Origin: the human T2T-CHM13v2.0 reference genome, Homo sapiens
Reading direction: 5' to 3' (one strand)
Length of the DNA: 64,000 nucleotides
Assembly: GCF_009914755.1 (NCBI RefSeq)
Contig: NC_060946.1
Position numbers and translations under genes: made by a program. The number at the start of each line of letters is the position of its first letter. The first letter of the stretch is position 1. Of this stretch, positions 57,904-64,000 are shown one piece after another. Below the pieces are notes generated by a model, which saw only the letters and a list, made by a program, of their open reading frames with translations, ran no database searches and had not been told where the DNA came from.

Positions 57904-59146
57904 ATGGTTGGAGCTCAGTGAGTGAGTAGGGCGTATTGGAGATGAAGTCAGCAAAATAGCAGAGGGATGAACTAATGTAGGGCTTTAAGGCCAATTGTGA
58001 AGGTGTGAGTCTTTAATGAGTAATATGGGAAGCCATGTGAGAATTTTGAGCAGAGAAGTAAAATATTCTGACATGTTTTAAAAGGATCTTTCTGGGGAAT
58101 ATATAGAGATAGATTGTAGGACCAAAGGGCGTACATAGGAAGGCCAGGTAGGGGCTTGAGCAGAATTCTAGAAGAAAGAGGACAGGGCAGGATGGTGTCT
58201 TGGACCAGGTACATATCAGTAGGAGCGTTGAAAACTGTTTGGGTTATGAATATATATTGAAGTTGGAACTAGATGAATTTCCAGACAGATTGGATATGGG
58301 GTGTGATGTGAACTACAAGGAATGACTCCCACATTTTTGGACTGAGCAGATGAAATATGGATTTATCAGTTACTGAGGGCTGAAGACTTGGGAGTGAGGA
58401 TAAGGAGTCAATTTTGGACTTGTTAATCATGAGTTGTCTATTAGATAAGCAAGTGGAAATACTTAACTGGCACTTGGGTATATAAATCTAAAGAAGGAGA
58501 TAGGTCCAGGGTACAATTATACCGGAGACTACATAGCAGGGAAGCATTAGCTTATTGCCATGAAATTAACTGAGATCACTAAAAAAGTGAATGCTGTTAG
58601 ACAAAGAAGCAATCAGTGCCTGATTCCTGATGGATAAATATAGCATTGAATCAACAAGAAGTTAGGAGAAACCATCAAAGGATATTAAGAATAACTGGTG
58701 ATTTGCCAGGCGTATACAGAAACTACATGAAAAAGGCACTTTACAAAGAGAGACATTTGTGCCACTACACTGAACCAACCAAACCTATTCTGACATCCTG
58801 AGGACTGGCATCTGAGATCATATAAGGACAACATTCTTCTCACTCATGAGTGTTGGTGTCTCTAGGATAGACACAGGCACCTGCCTCCACATGCCTTTCA
58901 GAAAACAAGTGACATGGCAGGAGAGGAAACAGACCAAAGCCCAGAAAGAATTTGAGCTGACAGTGGAGTTGTGAACCCATTTGCAACATCCTTTCAAGAA
59001 CACCTAAAATTATTAGGTGCTGGCTTAAAGGGACCCATACACAGTGATTAAGCCACTGATGATTTAATTCGGGAATAAGATAGAAGCATGATTAAACCCT
59101 GAAATTGTAAAAAAATAAAGAGAGATTTCATTTTATAAAGCAGTTA

Positions 59147-59192
59147 TTAGGTTAGTGCAAAAGTAATTGCAGTTTTTGCCATTAATTTTAAT
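59147..59192 (+). mobile_element. Half MADE1 (Hsmar1 mariner MITE)
   Basis: ta + ttaggttagtgcaaaagtaattgcagtttttgccattaattttaat. Second TIR absent. Confidence 0.85.
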
Positions 59193-59584
59193 AAATTTTC
59201 CACACTTAAAATAATTTAGAGAATGTCAAAAGAAAATAGTCTAAAAATATTTTCAAATCTATGAAAGAAAAGGAAATTTTTTTAACCATGCCAAAAGTTC
59301 TACGCAGAAAAGAAAGATCAATGACCAGATTGAAAAATTAGCAGAGGATAGCAACATACAGCTGTAGAGAAAGAAATGTAAATGACCAGTCAATAAGTAG
59401 AAAGATGCTAAATCTCCCTTGTAATTGATATCATTTGTCACCTCTCAAATGTACAAATACTAAGAGGATTGATAATGTTCAACTTTGTCAAGGGTACAGA
59501 GAAACAAACTCTCATATATAGTTGGCTGAAGTGTAACACTGACACATTTTTATGGAGTCACTTGTCAGTATCAATAAACATTTT

Positions 59585-62500
59585 AATTTTAAATTTTATA
59601 ATTTTTAGATTTACAGAAAAATTAAGAATATAGTACAGAGAATTTCTATACACACCACACCCAGTTTCCCCTATTAAGATATTACATTACTATAGTATAT
59701 TTGTCACAACTAATGAACTAATATTGATACCTTATGACTAAGTCATCACTTCACTCAGATTTCCTTAGTTTTTACCCAATGTGCCTCTTTTGTTCCGGGA
59801 TTCATCTAGGACACCATATTACATTTAGTCCTCATATCTCTCTAGGCCCCTCTTTGCTATGACAGCTTCTCAATCTTTTCTCTTCTTTCTGATGACGTTG
59901 ACAGTTTCAAAGAGTGCTGGTTAGGTATTTTCTAGAATGTTCCTCACTTGTGATTGTTTGATTTTTTTTTTTTCCATGTCTCAACCGGGATAATATGTTC
60001 TTGGGAGAAAGATCAAAGAGGTAAAATGCCATTATCATATCATATCTTACCAGCGTAAATTCTCAATATGACTTCTTATTGATGTTAATCTTGAACACCT
60101 GGTAAAGGAAGTGCTTCTCAGGTTTCTTCTCTGTATTCTATTTTTTTCCCCCATTTCCAAAGTACAGGATACTCTTTGGAAAGAAATCACTTTGTACAGT
60201 CCATACTTAAGGAGTGGAGAGGTTTGCTCCCATTCCTTGACGGTGGATTATCTACATAAATTATTTGAAATTCTTCTGCATGGGAGATTTTTGTCTTTTC
60301 CGCTATTTATTCAATAATTTATTTATGTCAGTTTTGATTTATAGATTTTTATTTTATACTCTGCATTACAATCTAAGGCTACTTTATCTTGTTGCTCAAA
60401 TTATTCCAATTTTTTTTTAAAAAAACATTTTTCTATTTTCTAGCACCACAAGACGCTCTAGGCTTATCTTGTATATTTACTTCTCCAGCCTTAGAATTAG
60501 CCATTTCTCGAGGAAGCCCTAGTTCTTTTTATTAGAAAATGATAATAGAAACTGAGATTGGGGTACAAGCCATGCTTATTGCTACTAGGTTATCTTTGCT
60601 TTCAGGTCTTTTCAGCAGGCAAGATGAGAAAATATATGTGTGTATACTAAACCCTTTATGTATACATATTTATAAATATTTCTGTATGTTTCTATATGTA
60701 AACAGTCTTATCTATGTTAAGCAAAACATGAATTCTTACTGAGGTCTCCAATTCTAATTCACTGCCTCATGGATTATTCTAGCTTTTTTCCCAAGCTTAT
60801 TTGTAATCTCCCACTCCAGCAGTGAGAAGCCTGTCTCCCACCATCCACCATCCATTTACTTAATTGTTCAGTTGCAGATCAGTTTACATGTATAGTGGTT
60901 TTAGAATTGTTAACCCATACCTCCTGGGGAAATAACTTTATCAACTAGAGTAGAAGGCTTATGCGCAGTTAATTTTGCCTTTAGTCTTCCAGAGTCTGTT
61001 CATTTCCAAAGTCACTTAGGTCAGCACTTCTTTCCCCTACTTCCTTCAGTGAGGTTGCTTCATACACGTAATACGTTAGACTCTTTTGTCACAGTCTGCA
61101 TTCTATCTTGGGATCTGTCAACCTCCTAAATGATTTTTTTTTTTTTAATTTGCCTGCAGGAAGGTCTACTGTCTGTGCTGTAAAGTTCTGTGGACAAATG
61201 CATAGTGTCATGTAACCAAAATTATAGTATCACAGTATCACCCAATATAGTTTCAATAATCCTCTGTTCCTCACCTAACCAGCCCCCTCCCACAACCACA
61301 GGCTGGCAATTACTGATCTGTTTACCATTTCTACATTTTAGGCTTTTCTAGAATATTATATAAATATTATACAACATGTAGTGTTTTTAAACTGGCGTTT
61401 TTCACTTAGCAATATGCACCAACATTCAGTCTTGTTTTTGTGAGGCTTAATAACTCATTTCATTTTATTGCTACATCAATTTCCAAGTATAGATGTGCCA
61501 GAGTTTATTTATCTTTACACCCATTGAGGAATATCCTGGTTGCTTCCAGTTTTTTACTATTATGAGTAAAGATGCTATAAACATTTGCATTCAGGGATTT
61601 GAGTAAACACAAATTTTCAAATCAATTTTGCCCATTCCTAGGAACACAACTGTTAAATAATTTGGTAAGACTACATTTAGCTTTGTGAGTAACTGCCTAA
61701 CTGCATTCCAGAGTAACTGTACCATTTTGCATTCCCACCAGCAAGGAATAAAATTTGCTGCTGTTCTGCATTCTTGCCAGCAATTGGTATTGTCAGTTTT
61801 TTTGGATTTTAGCCTTTCTAATAGGTAGTTAGCTGTATTTCACTGTCGTTTTTATTTGCATTTCCCTAATGACAAATGATGTTATGCGTATTTTCCTCTG
61901 CCTATTTGCCATCTGTATAATCAGTCCGCTCCTCCAACCAAACACCTGGCAACTTTGGTTTGCCTTCTTTGGTGAGATGCTCAGATCTTTTGTCCATTTT
62001 TTAATTGGATTGTTTGTTTTCTTATTGAGTTTAAGAGTTCTGAATATATTTTGGTTCCAAATCCTTTATTAGATATATAGTTTGCCAGTATTTTCTTCTA
62101 TCCTATGGCTGTCTTTGCATTCTGACAGTGTCTTTCACAGAGCAGCACTTTTTAATTTTAATGGAGTCCAACTTATCAGTGTTTTCTTTCATAGATTGTT
62201 CTTTTGATTTTGTGTCTAACAATTCATCACTAAAGTCACTTGAAATGTCTTTGGTCCTTTGTCAAAAATAAATTGGCTATGTCTGTGTGGGTCTATTTCT
62301 GGGCTCTCTATTCTGTTCCATTGACCTTTGTGTCCATTATTTGCCAATGCCGTACTGTTGTGATTACTGTACTTCTGTAAGTCGTGAAATCAGGTAAAGT
62401 GAGTCATTTAGCTTTGTTCATCTTCAGTATTCTTTTGGTTATTCTAAGTACTTGGTCTTTCCCCTTAAAATTTAAAATTAGTTTGCCAATATCTGCAAAT

Positions 62501-63860
62501 AGCTTATTAGAATTTTATTAATATTATGTTGCATCCATAAATCAAGTTAGGATAAATTAATATCTTAATAATATTGCGTCTTCCAATTTATGAGCATGGA
62601 ATATCTTTCCATTCATTTAGATCTTAAATTTCTTTCATCAGTGTTTTGTAGTTTTCCACATGCAGATCCTATATCTATTGTGTTTGATTTGTACTTAAAT
62701 ATTTTATTGTTGGTGGTTTTCTAAATAGTATTTTTTTAATTCAAATCCTGTGTTCATTGCTGTTAAAGAGAAAAACCTTGACATTTTTATTGATCTTGTA
62801 TTTTTCAACCTTACTACACTCACTCATTAGTTACAGGAGACTTTCATAAATACTCTGCGATTTTCTACATAGACAATCATGTTGTCTACAAATAGTTTTA
62901 ATTTGTCTTTTCTAATTTGTATACTTTTTTATCTCTTTTTTCTTATAAAAGTTACAATTTCTAATACAATTTGCAATAAGTAAGAATGGTGAGAGATAAT
63001 ATCTTTGCCTTATTCTCAATTTCAGGACGATGTCCAGTCTCTCACTGTGAAGTTTGGTATAAGCTGTAGGTTTTCTTGAAGATATTCTTTATCAACTTGT
63101 AGAATTTCCCAACTATTCATAGTTTGCTAGAGTTTTTGTCATGAATGGGTAGTGAATTTTGACAGTTCTTTTCTGCAAGAATTGACCTGATTGTATGATT
63201 TTTCTTTGCTAGCCTGTTGATAAGATTACTTATATTGATTGATTTTTGAATGTAGAACCAGTCTTCCATACTTGAAATAAATCCCAAATGGTCCTGATAT
63301 ATAATTCTTTTTATATACATTGTTGGAATGAATCTCTTAGTATTTGATTGAAGACTTCTTAAAAAAATCTACATTTATGAGAGATATTGCTGTATAGATT
63401 TTCTTTCCTTAATGTCTTTGTCTGGTTTTAGTATTAGGATAATGCTGGCTTAAGAACATTAAGTTAGTAAGTTAAGAAGTATTGCCTGTGATTCTGTTTT
63501 CTGAAAGTGATTGCAAATAATTAACATTATTTCTTTTTTGTGTGTTCGGTAGAATTCACCATTGAAAACACCTGAGATTGGTGGGGTTTGGGGTGGAAAG
63601 ATAGTTAATTCTTAATTATCTATTCAATTCCTTTAATTAATATAAGGATATTCCAGTTATCTGTTTCTCCTTATGTGGGTTTTCGTAGTTTGTATCTTTT
63701 AAGAAATTGGTCCATTTCAAATTTGAGAGCAGAGAGTTGCTTATAGTATTCCTGTATTATTCTTGATCTTCCTTTCATTTTTGAAATTGGAAATTTGTGC
63801 CTTCTCTCTCTTTGTTCTTGGTTATCTTGGCTAGGGGTTTTATCGTGTTATTGATCTTTA
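59585..63860 (-). mobile_element. L1MC-class LINE (long 3' UTR plus ORF2 remnant)
   Basis: tttagatttacagaaaaatt..tagtacagagaatttc 3' end. ORF2 RT remnant IIYQDHLGFISSMEDWFYIQKSIN at 63117-63320. Confidence 0.8.
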
Positions 63861-63869
63861 ATCTTCAGA

Positions 63870-64000
63870 TTATTATTATTTCAATAGTTTTGGGAGAACA
63901 GGTGGTGTTTGGTTACATGGATAAGTTCTTTAAGTGTGATTTCTGAGATATTGGTGCACCCACCAACTGAACAGTACCACCTGACTACCCAACGTGTAGT
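63870..64000 (-). mobile_element. L1PB-like 3' end, running off the window
   Basis: tttcaatagttttgggagaacaggtggtgtttggttacatggataagttcttt. Confidence 0.75.

Noticed and set aside
59147-59192. MADE1 as a miR-548-type hairpin
   Set aside because: Only one arm is present, so no hairpin can form.

Overview
Primate (almost certainly human, from a fully diagnostic AluYa5 and an L1HS/pre-Ta-type L1) non-coding window that is overwhelmingly interspersed repeat. No host protein-coding exon could be recognised, and every long ORF belongs to a retroelement. Contents in order: an ERV1 env remnant with a rearranged MER66-like LTR (1-1500); a MER41B solo LTR with two intact GAS motifs; an internally inverted and deleted HERV-L/MLT2A provirus (8512-12250); THE1/MST/MLT1 MaLR LTRs; a full MSTB element holding a captured piece of older genomic DNA; many Alu, MIR and L2 copies; a fragmented old L1ME; two twin-primed (5'-inverted) L1s; a full-length young L1 with broken ORF1/ORF2 but intact ORF0; a tail-less AluY fused to an L1PA3; MER20, MER85 and half a MADE1; and a long L1MC at the end. 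The most notable signals not explained by repeats are a near-perfect 35-bp-arm pre-miRNA-like hairpin (2785-2866) and a candidate 169-nt minus-strand exon whose 3' splice site sits in a 10-bp stem (7037-7240). I see no evidence for a new multi-gene system. Subfamily names come from recalled consensus sequences and need RepeatMasker/Dfam confirmation. Boundaries of old elements are approximate.
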